Source: Bdellovibrionia bacterium
Lineage (GTDB): Bacteria > Bdellovibrionota > UBA1018
Length of the DNA: 18,350 nucleotides
Direction: 5' to 3'
Assembly: GCA_049424145.1 (NCBI GenBank)
Contig: JBMSSC010000045.1
Span: 1 to 18,350 of the forward strand
Below, one piece after another: positions 1 through 9,734 of the stretch. Under the pieces are notes generated by a model. The model saw only the letters and a list, made by a program, of their open reading frames with translations. It searched no databases and was not told the origin of the DNA. A program made the translations under genes and the position numbers. Numbering within the stretch: the stretch's first letter is position 1; every line of letters starts with the position of its first letter.

Positions 1-1926
1 TTGCAGAGGTTGAATCGGGTGAAGGACAAGACCCGATCGACTTACCGCTACTTAATGGCTCGCAATCCCCTGCGTCCGCGTCTTCAGTTGATCGCTGGCG
101 TGCTCCTGATGTTAGTTGGCCTGGGCTTCGAGCGCTTGCTTTGGCCGTGGGTGGGTTCGCACAACTTGATTGTTCTAATTCCCTGGGTCATCCTTGCAGC
201 TTGGTTTGTGGGGGGGAGTCTAGCGGGTTTGACCGCTTTGGGGGTGGGTCTTCTGGGATGGTTCATCATCTTTAGACCTCTTGTGGCTACAGAAGTCAGG
301 CCTGCTCACATGGAGTGGGCAGCTGTTGTGGCCTATCTGCTCACGGGGCTTGCTTTTTCTCTTCTGGGGAGTCAGTGGCTTGTGGGACTCACGGTTCGGG
401 CGGATCAACTGGAGCGACTTGAATATGCTGTGCTTGCTGCGAAAGTGGGGATTTGGGAATGGGACATCGTTCATGACACGATTCAGTGGGATGATCAGAT
501 GCTTCACCTTTACGGTTTGACCCGCGAGCAGTTTGGAGGAAATTATAGGGCTTGGGCTCAAGGCCTTCATCCGGAGGACGTGGAACGCTCCAATCAAGCC
601 ATTCAAGGCGCTCTTTTGGGCAAAGCAGCGTTTGACCTGAATTTCCGAGTGGTTTGGCCAGACGGAACGATTCGTCATTTGCATGCCAGCGCATTTGTGA
701 GGCGGGATGCACGGGGAAAACCCATTGTCATGTACGGACTCAATCGTGACATCACTGATGAGGTGCTCACCTTGTCCAAGCTTCATGAGGTGAACGCTTT
801 TTTTCAAGCTGCGATGGACCAAAGTCCTGTGGGTATTGTGATCGTGGACGCGCCCTCTGGTTTGATTCGATTTGCAAACGACGCAGCACTTGCCATCCGT
901 GGTGGGACCCGAAATCAGCTCGTAGAGGGCGTGGCCTTAGGTGAGTACCAAGCCTGGCAGACCGTATCGCTGGACGGAATTCCTTTGCCCAACGAGCAGA
1001 CTCCTTTGGCCCGATCCTTCTTGACAGGAGAAAAAATGAGTCAAGAGGTGGGGATGATCAATGCTCGGGGAGAGCTCCGGGTGCTTTTAACCAATACGGC
1101 TCCGATTCGTAGGCAGGATGGAACCATTGGAGCTGGAATTGCCGTTTTTTTTGATCACACGGAGCGCCATCAGCTGCTGGAGCAAATTCAGGCTGCACGG
1201 GAGTCGGCTGAGCGTGCTTTGGGAGCTAAGTCTCGATTTCTCGATATTGCAGCGCATGAACTCAGGACCCCCGTGACGGCCTTCTCTCTTTTACTTCAAA
1301 TCACTCAAAAGCGGCTTGCTGAGGGGTGTCCAGTCAGTGCCGACGTCCTCGTTCGGTTGCGTGCCCAGGTGGATCGGCTCTCCAGACTCGTGGTCGATCT
1401 TCTTGAGGTCTCGCGGCTGGACCGCGGAATGGTGATCCTCAAGAAGGAATCACGTGACCTTGGACAAATCTTAGGAGAGTGCCTTTCTAGTTTTGAGCTT
1501 CAGTATCCTGATCGGAAGTTCATGTTCCGGGGAAATCATCGGAGCATCGTTTGCAAGGTGGATCCTGTGAGAATTTATGAGGTGATTTCTAATCTGATCG
1601 ACAATGCTCTGAAGTACAGCCCAGCGTCTTCGCCGATTGAGATTGAGCTAGCGGTTCCCTCAAGTCACACGGTTCGGGTCTCCATTGGTGATCAGGGGCC
1701 TGGGATCCCAGCTGAGCGATGGCAAGCTCTTTTTCAGCCCTTTGAGCGCGGGAGCTCCGCAGGGGAGTCGGCGCATGCGGGTTTGGGCTTGGGACTTTAC
1801 ATTTGTAAAAAGATTATTGAACTTCATGAGGGAATCATTGGTCTTGAAAGCACCGTGGGGCAGGGGAGTACGTTTTTCTTTGAACTCCCAGTTGAAGCAG
1901 TCATTCCGGGCGCGGTCTCCCAATGA
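1..1926 (+). CDS. Membrane-bound PAS-domain sensor histidine kinase (DUF4118-like TM region, two PAS/PAC, HisKA, HATPase_c); start uncertain (window edge, or ATG at 55)
   Basis: About 4 hydrophobic helices (VILAAWFVGGSLAG, DUF4118-like); PAS_3 signature GIWEWDI...W...LHPEDVE...FRVVWPDGTIRHL...G.NRDIT; second PAS (QSPVGIVIVD...FFDHTER); H-box AAHELRTPV; N-box NLIDNALKYS; G1 DQGPGI; F FQPFER; G2 GLGLGLYI; G3 GQGSTFFF. Confidence 0.95.
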   Translation: MQRLNRVKDKTRSTYRYLMARNPLRPRLQLIAGVLLMLVGLGFERLLWPWVGSHNLIVLIPWVILAAWFVGGSLAGLTALGVGLLGWFIIFRPLVATEVRPAHMEWAAVVAYLLTGLAFSLLGSQWLVGLTVRADQLERLEYAVLAAKVGIWEWDIVHDTIQWDDQMLHLYGLTREQFGGNYRAWAQGLHPEDVERSNQAIQGALLGKAAFDLNFRVVWPDGTIRHLHASAFVRRDARGKPIVMYGLNRDITDEVLTLSKLHEVNAFFQAAMDQSPVGIVIVDAPSGLIRFANDAALAIRGGTRNQLVEGVALGEYQAWQTVSLDGIPLPNEQTPLARSFLTGEKMSQEVGMINARGELRVLLTNTAPIRRQDGTIGAGIAVFFDHTERHQLLEQIQAARESAERALGAKSRFLDIAAHELRTPVTAFSLLLQITQKRLAEGCPVSADVLVRLRAQVDRLSRLVVDLLEVSRLDRGMVILKKESRDLGQILGECLSSFELQYPDRKFMFRGNHRSIVCKVDPVRIYEVISNLIDNALKYSPASSPIEIELAVPSSHTVRVSIGDQGPGIPAERWQALFQPFERGSSAGESAHAGLGLGLYICKKIIELHEGIIGLESTVGQGSTFFFELPVEAVIPGAVSQ

Positions 1927-2300
1927 GCGACAGACGCGTGAACACCATTTTAGTTGTGGAGGATGAACAGGACATTCGAATGGCTTTGCAGCTCTACTTG
2001 GAGTCGGAGGGGTATCAGGTTCAAACCGCCTCAAACGGGCAGGAGGCCCTGGAGGCTTTAACCAAACAGGGGCTACCGAATTTGATCCTGCTGGATATGA
2101 AAATGCCCGTCATGAATGGATGGGAGTTTGCCAAAGTTTTCAATGCCCATTACGACCATCAAGTCCCGATCGTCGTGATGAGTGCTGCGGTCGATGCCGA
2201 AAGTCGCGCTTCTGAAATTCAGGCAGAAGGCTGGATGGGAAAGCCCTTTGAGCTCGACGATTTGAAACAAAAAATTCAGTCCTTAACTCAGGGGCACTAA
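1923..2300 (+). CDS. Single-domain response regulator (CheY-like receiver)
   Basis: ILVVEDE acidic pocket, LILLDMKMPVMNGWEF phospho-Asp motif, VVMSA, GKPF Lys. ATGA overlap with the kinase stop suggests translational coupling. Confidence 0.95.
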   Translation: MSDRRVNTILVVEDEQDIRMALQLYLESEGYQVQTASNGQEALEALTKQGLPNLILLDMKMPVMNGWEFAKVFNAHYDHQVPIVVMSAAVDAESRASEIQAEGWMGKPFELDDLKQKIQSLTQGH

Positions 2301-3982
2301 GCCTTTCTCTCAGGAGCTGTTTTGAGAAACTGGAGAGTCTTATAATTTTCCTCAGCATATCTCAGTCCCCAATCCGACTTAAAGAGGATCACGGGTAGGC
2401 CATCCCGATCTTCTAAGCAGCGGGTGTCCTCCCTGCGCTCGAAGTAATCGGGATCTAAGCCCGTACCCGCAACCCATCGGGCATGAATGTAGGGGAGTTT
2501 CTCAATGTGGGTGTCAACGGCGTATTCGGATTTCAATCTTTGTTGGAGGACTTCAAACTGCAGGGCTCCAACGGCGCCCAAAATGGGATCTTTATCTCCA
2601 AATCCTCTTTGCCGATAGACTTGAATGACCCCTTCTTCGGCCAGTTGGTCTAAGCCTTTTTTTAACTGCTTTCGTTTCATGGGATCCAAGATTCGAAGGC
2701 CTGCAAAGTGTTCGGGTGAGAACCGGGGTACGCCTTCGTACTGAAAGTTCTTCTTCTCGCTTAAGGTGTCTCCAATGCGGAGCTCTCCACTGGTGTCGAG
2801 CAGTCCGATGATGTCTCCGGGCCATGCTTCATCAATCATGACGCGCTCTTGAGCAAAAAAGTGCAAAGGCTTGGAGAGCTTAATCTCTTTACCTAATCTC
2901 ACATGTTTGACTTGCATATTTCTGGTGAATTTACCGGAGCACACTCGCATGAAGGCTACTCGGTCTCGATGAGAGGGGTCCATGTTGGCTTGGATCTTAA
3001 AGATAAAGCCTGAGAGCTCAGGCGAGTTGGGATCGATGAATCCTTGATTCGTGTTTCGAGCCACGGGAGATGGAGCAATTTCGATGAACTGCTCTAAAAA
3101 GCGCTCCACGCCGAAGTTGTTCATCGCACTTCCAAAGAAGATGGGGGTGAGTTGTCCGGCGAGTACTTTTTCCAAGTCAAAAGGGTCTCCGGCATGCTCA
3201 AGGAGCTCCAGTTCAGCTTGCAGGGTCTCATAGATCAGTTTCCCCTCATCTGCGTCTCCGCCTCCTAAGAGGTTGAGAAGTTCGGGGTCTGCCGCAGGAT
3301 TTTTGGCGCCATTGAGTAAACCTTGGAGCTTTCTTGGGGCTAAGCGGCCCTTGACGTTGGCCTCTCCTTCGGTTTGAAACGCAAGCATTTCTTCTCGTCT
3401 CCGATCATAAACACCGCGGAAGCGATCTCCTTGACCAATCGGCCAGCTCATGGGACACGAGCGAATTCCTAAAACTTTTTCGAGCTCATCAATCAGATCC
3501 AGCGGCTCTCGTCCCGGGCGATCCATTTTGTTGATAAACGTAAAGATCGGGATCCCCCTCATGCGGCAGACTTCAAAGAGCTTTCGGGTCTGCGCCTCGA
3601 CCCCTTTGGCCGCATCAATGAGCATCACCGCTGCATCGGCAGCCGTGAGTGTTCGGTAGGTGTCTTCTGAGAAGTCCTTGTGGCCAGGCGTATCTAAGAG
3701 GTTGATTTGTGCCCCTTGGTACTCAAACTGTAAGACGCTCGAGCTCACTGAGATTCCGCGTTGCTTTTCAATCTCCATCCAATCGGAGGTGGTGTGCCGC
3801 TGGTTGGCTTTAGCACGCACGGCTCCGGCTAAGTGAATCGCTCCGCCGTAAAGCAGGAGCTTTTCAGTGAGGGTGGTTTTCCCCGCGTCGGGATGCGAAA
3901 TGATGGCAAATGTTCTTCTACGAGCCACTTGCTTGGCCAATTGAGAGGCTTCAGCGGGCTTTTCTAAGGGGGTGGAATCCAT
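2297..3982 (-). CDS. prfC: Peptide chain release factor 3 (GTPase); likely start ATG at 3982 rather than 4030
   Basis: RRRTFAIISHPDAGKTTLTEKLLL, SDWMEIEKQRGISVSSS, DTPGHKDFSEDTYRTLTA, NKMDR, FFGSAMNNFGV, FKIQANMDPSHRDRVAF, GAVGALQFEVL: all RF3 signatures. Confidence 0.98.
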   Translation of the reverse strand: MDSTPLEKPAEASQLAKQVARRRTFAIISHPDAGKTTLTEKLLLYGGAIHLAGAVRAKANQRHTTSDWMEIEKQRGISVSSSVLQFEYQGAQINLLDTPGHKDFSEDTYRTLTAADAAVMLIDAAKGVEAQTRKLFEVCRMRGIPIFTFINKMDRPGREPLDLIDELEKVLGIRSCPMSWPIGQGDRFRGVYDRRREEMLAFQTEGEANVKGRLAPRKLQGLLNGAKNPAADPELLNLLGGGDADEGKLIYETLQAELELLEHAGDPFDLEKVLAGQLTPIFFGSAMNNFGVERFLEQFIEIAPSPVARNTNQGFIDPNSPELSGFIFKIQANMDPSHRDRVAFMRVCSGKFTRNMQVKHVRLGKEIKLSKPLHFFAQERVMIDEAWPGDIIGLLDTSGELRIGDTLSEKKNFQYEGVPRFSPEHFAGLRILDPMKRKQLKKGLDQLAEEGVIQVYRQRGFGDKDPILGAVGALQFEVLQQRLKSEYAVDTHIEKLPYIHARWVAGTGLDPDYFERREDTRCLEDRDGLPVILFKSDWGLRYAEENYKTLQFLKTAPERKA

Positions 3983-4086
3983 GGCGAAAAGTTTTGCCTG
4001 AAGATCGAAGTTTAAGCAATAAAAACTCACCTGCGGCAGCCGCTCATGGGGAGAGAAGGCCTCTGGCGGCCCGGAGGAAAACCCGT

Positions 4087-4107
4087 GAGAGAACCTGAGG
4101 TTCTCTC
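4087..4107. promoter_or_regulatory. Perfect 9-bp inverted repeat (GAGAGAACC-tga-GGTTCTCTC) in the divergent intergenic region between prfC and the hypothetical gene
   Basis: Seen directly. Function (operator or RNA hairpin) unknown; no U-tract follows. Confidence 0.4.
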
Positions 4108-4184
4108 CAATTGTTAAGGCAGTGAAGAAGAAGGTTCATGCTTCCGATGAGAAGAGAGGCGCAAAAAAGGGGAGTGAAATTCGA

Positions 4185-4634
4185 ATGAAAACCACAACTC
4201 TTGCGCTTTGTATTGCCTTTGAATCAGGCGAGCCGCTCTGTGTGGATGCCTTGACCCAGGAATCTGAAATCCAACTGTTGGAGCGGTTAATCCTTCAAAA
4301 CGCTCCGGATCCTTTGGCTCAACTCAATCAGTTTCGTTCTGAACAAGCCCAGCGTGAAGAGGAGTTTGGCGACTCTGCCGAGCAGCAGTTGTGCAATCCT
4401 TTCGTTCGTGAACCGCTTCGCAGTCAAGCCATTCAGTGGTTTCGGGCTCAGATTCAAGTTGAACAGTTTCAGAAGAGAGAAAAGGAAGCAGTTGAAGTTT
4501 TGAGCCGTTTTGCTTTTGATTTTTGGAGGGCACATCCTGCTCAGACCCAGTTTTTGATCCAAAACGACCGCGCCCAAGTCAAAGTGCGGGTGTTTATTGT
4601 GCACTCTTTGGGTTCAGGACGAGTCCGTGCTTGA
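4185..4634 (+). CDS. Hypothetical protein (~149 aa, helical, Q/E-rich); first gene of a putative operon with rnd and the MFS transporter
   Basis: Fills the gap before rnd on the same strand; GGGGAG SD-like element just upstream of ATG 4185; no recognisable motif. Confidence 0.7.
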   Translation: MKTTTLALCIAFESGEPLCVDALTQESEIQLLERLILQNAPDPLAQLNQFRSEQAQREEEFGDSAEQQLCNPFVREPLRSQAIQWFRAQIQVEQFQKREKEAVEVLSRFAFDFWRAHPAQTQFLIQNDRAQVKVRVFIVHSLGSGRVRA

Positions 4635-4666
4635 TTTCTTCGGAAACGCACGCTAACTGAGTCAGG

Positions 4667-5893
4667 GTGAATTATCCAGAACTCATCTCCACGTCAAAGC
4701 AAGTCATCGACATGACCGAGGCTTTAAAAGAAAGCTCGATCATTGCCTTTGATACGGAGTTCATCCGCGAATCGACTTTTTTCCCGATTGTCGAAATCAT
4801 TCAAGTGGCCAATGAGACGGATTCGTGGCTCGTGGACGCTCAAGCCTTTAAGAAGAACTCTAAGGACCGAAGCACCCCGACCTATGATCCAGGGATTCAG
4901 CCTCTGTTAGATTTATTGAAGGACCCCAACGTATTAAAGATCGTTCACGCCGCACCGGGTGATCAGGAGTGTCTTTACACAGCGTTTGGTACGGTGGCCT
5001 CGCCGTCATTAGATACGGCAGTGGCAGCCTCCCTTTGTGGGTACGGCGATGGGATTGGCCTAGGCAAGCTCGTCAGCCAAGTCCTGGGGATCACCTTGCA
5101 AAAGGGTCATGCCCGGACCAATTGGTCTGTGCGACCCCTGCCCAAGCAGCTCATGGAGTATGCTCACTCCGATGTGGTCCATTTAGTGGCTTTAGGAAAG
5201 AGGCTGCTTGAGATGTTAGAGAAGCTCGGGAGAAAGTCCTGGGCCCTTGAGCTTTCTGCCAAGTCTGAAAACGAGGCCCTCTATCAGATGGATGTTGAGG
5301 GAATGACTCGTAAATTGGCTCGGGGCGGGAGATTAGATAAGAAAGCACTTCAGGCTCTGCGAGGCTTAGTCAGTTGGCGCGAGCATCGCGTGAGGCAGTT
5401 GAATATCCCCAGGCGTTGGGTTGCCGATGACCATGTTCTCATTGATTTGGCTCAAGTGAGACCGAAGGATTTAGAGCACTTACAGACTTTCCGTGGATTA
5501 AATAAGGGAGAGCTGAAAGTGAGTGGTGAGGCTATTTTAAAAGCCATCTGTGAATCCCAAGGTCAGGAGCCCATGGCGGGGGTAAAGCCTGAAAAACCTC
5601 CGACTGCAACCCCTCAGGAATCCCAAGTTTTAGAGCTTTTGGGAGTTTTTTTAAGTTTTCTTGCGGATCGGCATCAAGTGGCCGCCAAGCACTTGTTGCT
5701 CTCCAGTCAATTCTTACCTTTGCTCAGGAGTCGGACTCAGGATCCCTCCCAGTGGGTGTCCGCTGGGATCTTAACTGAAGAAGCCTCTCAGATGATCGGG
5801 CAAGACCTCGTGGATTTTCTCCAAGGCAAGCGGGCTTTGGCTGTGAAAAATAACCAGGTCCAATTTATTTCATTGGAAGACCAGTCTTTATGA
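4667..5893 (+). CDS. rnd: Ribonuclease D (DEDDy 3'-5' exonuclease + HRDC)
   Basis: ExoI AFDTEFIRESTFFP, ExoII KIVHAAPGDQECL, SLDTAVAA, KGHARTNWSVRPL, ExoIII YAHSDV; HRDC WREHRVRQLNIPRRWVADD. Confidence 0.93.
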   Translation: MNYPELISTSKQVIDMTEALKESSIIAFDTEFIRESTFFPIVEIIQVANETDSWLVDAQAFKKNSKDRSTPTYDPGIQPLLDLLKDPNVLKIVHAAPGDQECLYTAFGTVASPSLDTAVAASLCGYGDGIGLGKLVSQVLGITLQKGHARTNWSVRPLPKQLMEYAHSDVVHLVALGKRLLEMLEKLGRKSWALELSAKSENEALYQMDVEGMTRKLARGGRLDKKALQALRGLVSWREHRVRQLNIPRRWVADDHVLIDLAQVRPKDLEHLQTFRGLNKGELKVSGEAILKAICESQGQEPMAGVKPEKPPTATPQESQVLELLGVFLSFLADRHQVAAKHLLLSSQFLPLLRSRTQDPSQWVSAGILTEEASQMIGQDLVDFLQGKRALAVKNNQVQFISLEDQSL

Positions 5894-7239
5894 TTCCCCA
5901 TTCTCGAGAGTTTAGAAAACGTCGTGGGATGAATTGGCTCGTTTTGGGCTTAACCTACTCGACGATGTACATGGGTCGTTACAATTTAGCTTTGGTTAAT
6001 CCCCTTCTGTCCAAGACCTATGGGTGGGATAAAACACAAATCGGTGGCATCATCACACCGGCTCTTTTGGCCTATGGCATCTTTGCCGTGTTCAATGGAC
6101 CGATTGCCGATCGCATTGGCGGACGAAAAGCCATCTTGTGGGGAGCCTTTGGAACGGTTTGTTGCAACATTGCCTTCGGATTGGGTTCGTACTTTGATTT
6201 CTTAGGCACCGGGGGATTGCTCTTAGGGTATTTCGCCACCGTTTGGATGATGAATGCGTATTTCCAGTCGTTTGGCGCCGTGTCCTTAATTAAGGTCAAC
6301 TCCGCATGGTTTCACCTTCGCGAGCGTGGGGTGTTTTCGGCGGTCTTTGGCTCGATGATTCAGTTGGGCCGCACGTTGATCTACTTTTTAGGCCCCTTGG
6401 TGATGGCTGCGTTTTCTTGGAAATGGGTGTTTTTTATTCCCTCCATGCTGATTGCTTGCATGGCGCTGATGAGTTTTTTTGTGGTGCAAGATGCTCCGGA
6501 GAATTGTGGTCTGCCTGAGTTAGTTGTGCAGGAAGAGTTAGACGAATCCGGTTCAGCAGTCTCGATTCGCGTGCTGTTAAAGAGGATCTTCACTCACCCA
6601 GTGACTTTGGCCATTGCGGTGGCGGAGTTTTGCACGGGGTTCGTCCGCCAGGGGTTTGAGCAATGGTTTCCTCGCTACATGATGGAAGTCCAGCATTTGC
6701 CCTTTGAATCGGGAGCGTTTCAAAAAAATGCGCTGGCCATTGTGGCGGCTGGAATCTTAGGTTCCCTCATTGCGGGAACGTTATCCGATTGGGTCTTTCA
6801 AGGTCGAAGGACTCCAGTTGCGTTTTTAGGCTACATGCTTCAACTGTGCTCATTGACGGTGGTTTGGAGAGCTCCCGGCTTAAACACCGTGATCGCCGCT
6901 TTTATTCTCAATTCCTGCGCCATCAGTATGGTTCAATCCATGCTCTCGGGCACTGCATCGATGGACTTTGGTGGGAAGAAGGCCTCGGCCACTGCCGCAG
7001 GGTTATTTGATGGGATGCAGTACATTGGAGGTTCATTCGTGGGCTTTGCCATGGGCTGGATCTTGGAGCATTGGGGATGGACGTACTGGGGTCCCAGCAT
7101 GATGGGGTTTTCAGCCGTGGGTGCTCTTTTGATGCTGAGTTTTTGGCGAGCCCGGCCGGATGCTCCTCGACAAGCCCGAGTTCAAAAGCGGGCCAAACAG
7201 ACGGTGGCAGCCACCGTGGAAGCTTCAGCCTCCTCCTAG
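5890..7239 (+). CDS. MFS transporter, organophosphate:Pi antiporter (GlpT/UhpC-like) family
   Basis: About 12 TM helices; YMGRYNL and GFVRQG carry the two Arg residues equivalent to the GlpT substrate-binding arginines; motif A NGPIADRIGGR; WFHLRERG; GTLSDWVFQGRR; ATAAGLFDGMQYIG. ATGA overlap with rnd. Confidence 0.88.
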   Translation: MIPHSREFRKRRGMNWLVLGLTYSTMYMGRYNLALVNPLLSKTYGWDKTQIGGIITPALLAYGIFAVFNGPIADRIGGRKAILWGAFGTVCCNIAFGLGSYFDFLGTGGLLLGYFATVWMMNAYFQSFGAVSLIKVNSAWFHLRERGVFSAVFGSMIQLGRTLIYFLGPLVMAAFSWKWVFFIPSMLIACMALMSFFVVQDAPENCGLPELVVQEELDESGSAVSIRVLLKRIFTHPVTLAIAVAEFCTGFVRQGFEQWFPRYMMEVQHLPFESGAFQKNALAIVAAGILGSLIAGTLSDWVFQGRRTPVAFLGYMLQLCSLTVVWRAPGLNTVIAAFILNSCAISMVQSMLSGTASMDFGGKKASATAAGLFDGMQYIGGSFVGFAMGWILEHWGWTYWGPSMMGFSAVGALLMLSFWRARPDAPRQARVQKRAKQTVAATVEASASS

Positions 7240-7271
7240 GAGAGTATCTCGGGTTTCTGCGAGAGTTTTTT

Positions 7272-8801
7272 CTAGGCTTGAGGTCTTTTTCTTAATGAGA
7301 GAAAGAGGTTCTCCTGAGGACCTCGACGGATGTAGAGGATGTGGGCCTCGTTGGGTTTCAGCTGATTGAGTTGAGTGATGAGCTCCTGAGCGTTTTGGAT
7401 CGGATGATCATTGAGGCTTAACACGATATCTCCTCGAGTGAATCCAGCTTGCTCAGCTGAGCTGCCGACTTGAACATGGGCAATCAGAGCTCCTCCTGCA
7501 GAGGGGATTCCAAAGAGTTTGAACAGAGGCTCGGGAAGGTTCTCTAACGAGAGTCCGAGCGGGTGGGTTCGATCCGTTTCGGAGTGAGAGGGGCTCAACG
7601 CTCGTGCCCAAAAGGGAAGCAAAGCGGATGAAGGGGGGGCTTCGGGGTGTTCTTGAATCTTGAACTGGAGAGTTTTCTCCACACCCTTCCTAAAAACCGT
7701 GAGGGGAAGTTGAGCGGGAGGAGAGGTTTGTCTGACGCGGGTTTTGAAGTCCTCTGCGTTTTGAATCGGAGTATGTCCTAATCGAAGCACAATATCTCCT
7801 ACTTTTAGGCCGCAGTGAGCGGCTGGACCTTCGGGATCCATCTTGCTGATGAGAGCTCCTTTTTTTGAGGGGAATTGAAAGAATCGGGCTAAATCTTCAT
7901 TGAGATCCTGAGCGACCAGTCCGGCCCAGCCGCGGATCACTCGGTGATGCTGGAGGATCTCCTCAAACACTTTCTGGGCTGTTTGTGCTGGAATCGCAAA
8001 GCCCACGCCAATGGAGCCTCCCGATTGCGAAAAAATTGCTGTGGTGATTCCGATGATTTCTCCCCGTGCATTGAGGAGAGGACCTCCTGAGTTTCCTGGG
8101 TTAATGGCCGCATCCGTTTGAAGAAGATCTTCAAGCTCCAGCTGGCCTAAGTGTTTTCTTCCTACCGCACTGATAATTCCCGAGCTCACGCTGCGACTGA
8201 GTCCAAAGGGATTTCCAATGGCAAGGACCCCGTCGCCCACTTGGACCTGACGGGAGTCTCCAAACGGGAGCGGAGAGATTTTTCTCTCAGGCAGTTGATT
8301 CACCTGAATCACGGCAAGATCGGTGGCGGGATCAACGCCCACCACGTGGGCTGGAACTTTTTTGGTCTCATCGATTTGAACGCTTAGAGTCAAGGCGCCT
8401 TCAATCACATGGTAGTTCGTTAAGATCATGCCATCGGAGCGAACCCAGATCCCGGTTCCAATCCCCACGGTGGGTTCGTTGGTCTGGGGCGTTTCACTGG
8501 GTTCGTGAGGAGTGGTTAAATCGGGGGTCTCAGGCTCAAGATGAGCTGGCTTTAAGACACGAATTCCAAAGACGGCAGGTGAGGCCTTGCGAACCACTTC
8601 GCGCATGGCTTGAGAAATCGTCTGCAGAGGGTTGGGCGTTGCTCTTTTCTTGGGTCGGAAGCTTGGGGTCTCAGGTGGCGGGAAGGCGGCAAAAGAGGGC
8701 AGTGGACTTCCCGGAAGTCCAAGCACGCTTGCTCCTAAAAGAGAAAAGATCGTTCGGCAGCAAGCGTGTGAAATCCAGGGGATCCCGTTTTTTTTTGCCA
8801 T
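7272..8801 (-). CDS. Do/DegP/DegQ (HtrA) family periplasmic serine protease with two PDZ domains
   Basis: N-terminal signal-like segment; triad ILTNYHVI, DPATDLAV, AINPGNSGGPL; AIGNPFGL; PDZ1 RGWAGL...GPAAHCGLKVGDIV; PDZ2 LGLSL...SSAEQAGFTRGDIV. Confidence 0.95.
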   Translation of the reverse strand: MAKKNGIPWISHACCRTIFSLLGASVLGLPGSPLPSFAAFPPPETPSFRPKKRATPNPLQTISQAMREVVRKASPAVFGIRVLKPAHLEPETPDLTTPHEPSETPQTNEPTVGIGTGIWVRSDGMILTNYHVIEGALTLSVQIDETKKVPAHVVGVDPATDLAVIQVNQLPERKISPLPFGDSRQVQVGDGVLAIGNPFGLSRSVSSGIISAVGRKHLGQLELEDLLQTDAAINPGNSGGPLLNARGEIIGITTAIFSQSGGSIGVGFAIPAQTAQKVFEEILQHHRVIRGWAGLVAQDLNEDLARFFQFPSKKGALISKMDPEGPAAHCGLKVGDIVLRLGHTPIQNAEDFKTRVRQTSPPAQLPLTVFRKGVEKTLQFKIQEHPEAPPSSALLPFWARALSPSHSETDRTHPLGLSLENLPEPLFKLFGIPSAGGALIAHVQVGSSAEQAGFTRGDIVLSLNDHPIQNAQELITQLNQLKPNEAHILYIRRGPQENLFLSLRKRPQA

Positions 8802-8866
8802 ACCCCTTTTGTGTTGCAGGGGTCGGGCCTAAAGGGAGCAGGAGGCTTGTCCGGATCTTAGGCGTT

Positions 8867-9364
8867 CTATTTGCCGCAGCACTTTTTATACTTCTTGGTG
8901 CTCCCACAGGGGCAAAGATCGTTTCGTCCAATCTTAGGCTCGCTTCTCTGATAAGTCCCCGTGTGAATGCCTTGAGCGTCGAGAAATTTCCACTGTCCGT
9001 CTTCTTTTTCAAAGATGCTTTTTTCCCAGTGTTCTTGTTTTTTGCCTTGCTCCTCGTAGTGAGCCGAGAAAATGAGGGTTCCTGTGGAGTCTTCTTTTTT
9101 GCCGGCCTCGGTTTGAACGATCTGAAGGCCAAGCCAAGTGGAGTTTTGAGCCCATTGCTCAATCTCTTCGCGCTTGACTTCGTCTCGGGTGCGCGAGTGA
9201 TGGGAGCTTAAAATAAAATCAATTTCATGCAAGGTGAACGCCGTGTATCGAGCTCTGAGCAGTTCTTCGGCGGTTTCAGCAGATTTCTTTCCGCGGATGA
9301 TCGGCAAGCAACACTGTTCTAACTTCAATTTTGAGCCACAAGGGCAGAGGTTTGTATCAGACAT
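8867..9364 (-). CDS. ychJ: YchJ-family protein with N- and C-terminal SEC-C metal-binding motifs
   Basis: N-terminal CPCGS...[38 protein letters not shown]-terminal [21 protein letters not shown]. Confidence 0.92.
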   Translation of the reverse strand: MSDTNLCPCGSKLKLEQCCLPIIRGKKSAETAEELLRARYTAFTLHEIDFILSSHHSRTRDEVKREEIEQWAQNSTWLGLQIVQTEAGKKEDSTGTLIFSAHYEEQGKKQEHWEKSIFEKEDGQWKFLDAQGIHTGTYQRSEPKIGRNDLCPCGSTKKYKKCCGK

Positions 9365-9407
9365 GCTTTCGTGGTATCCCCAATCCTGAAGTCGAGGTCA
9401 AGGAATT

Positions 9408-9734
9408 ATGGAACTAGAATTTAGAAAAAAAATTGATGAGCTTTTTCACCGAGTGGAAAAAGCGTTTGATACGGTGGATCCCGATGTGGCGGAGTGTGAG
9501 CAGGGTTTAGGAACTTTGACCATCACTTTATCGGACCAGTCGCGCTGTATCTTAAGCACTCAACCCTCCGTCAAGCAGTTGTGGCTCGCCTTGGCCTCTC
9601 AAGGGATTGCTTATCATTTTAACTTTGATGCTCAGGCGCAGGCCTGGATGGATGACAAGGGTCGCGGTATTGAGCTACTCAGTTTTTTAAGCCGCTTTTT
9701 CAAGCAAGAGGTCGGCCTTGAGCTCCGATTTTAA
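9408..9734 (+). CDS. cyaY: Frataxin-like iron donor protein CyaY
   Basis: Acidic N-terminal helix, GTLTITL.D.SRCILSTQPSVKQLWLA...AYHF...W.D motif; AAGGAA SD upstream; 108 aa. Confidence 0.9.
   Translation: MELEFRKKIDELFHRVEKAFDTVDPDVAECEQGLGTLTITLSDQSRCILSTQPSVKQLWLALASQGIAYHFNFDAQAQAWMDDKGRGIELLSFLSRFFKQEVGLELRF

Noticed and set aside
3983..4030. N-terminal extensions given by the ORF track (prfC 4030, dps 13092, GT22 13126, 14287, 14384)
   Set aside because: Homology or SD position favours downstream ATGs; the longer dps and GT22 versions would overlap head-to-head.
8579..9211. 210-aa (+) and 163-aa (-) alternative ORFs over ychJ/degP
   Set aside because: Shadow frames of well-supported genes with no motifs.
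9365..9401. Leaderless promoter for ychJ (TTGACC...TACCAC on the minus strand)
   Set aside because: Weak -10 and 19-bp spacing; not supportable from sequence alone.
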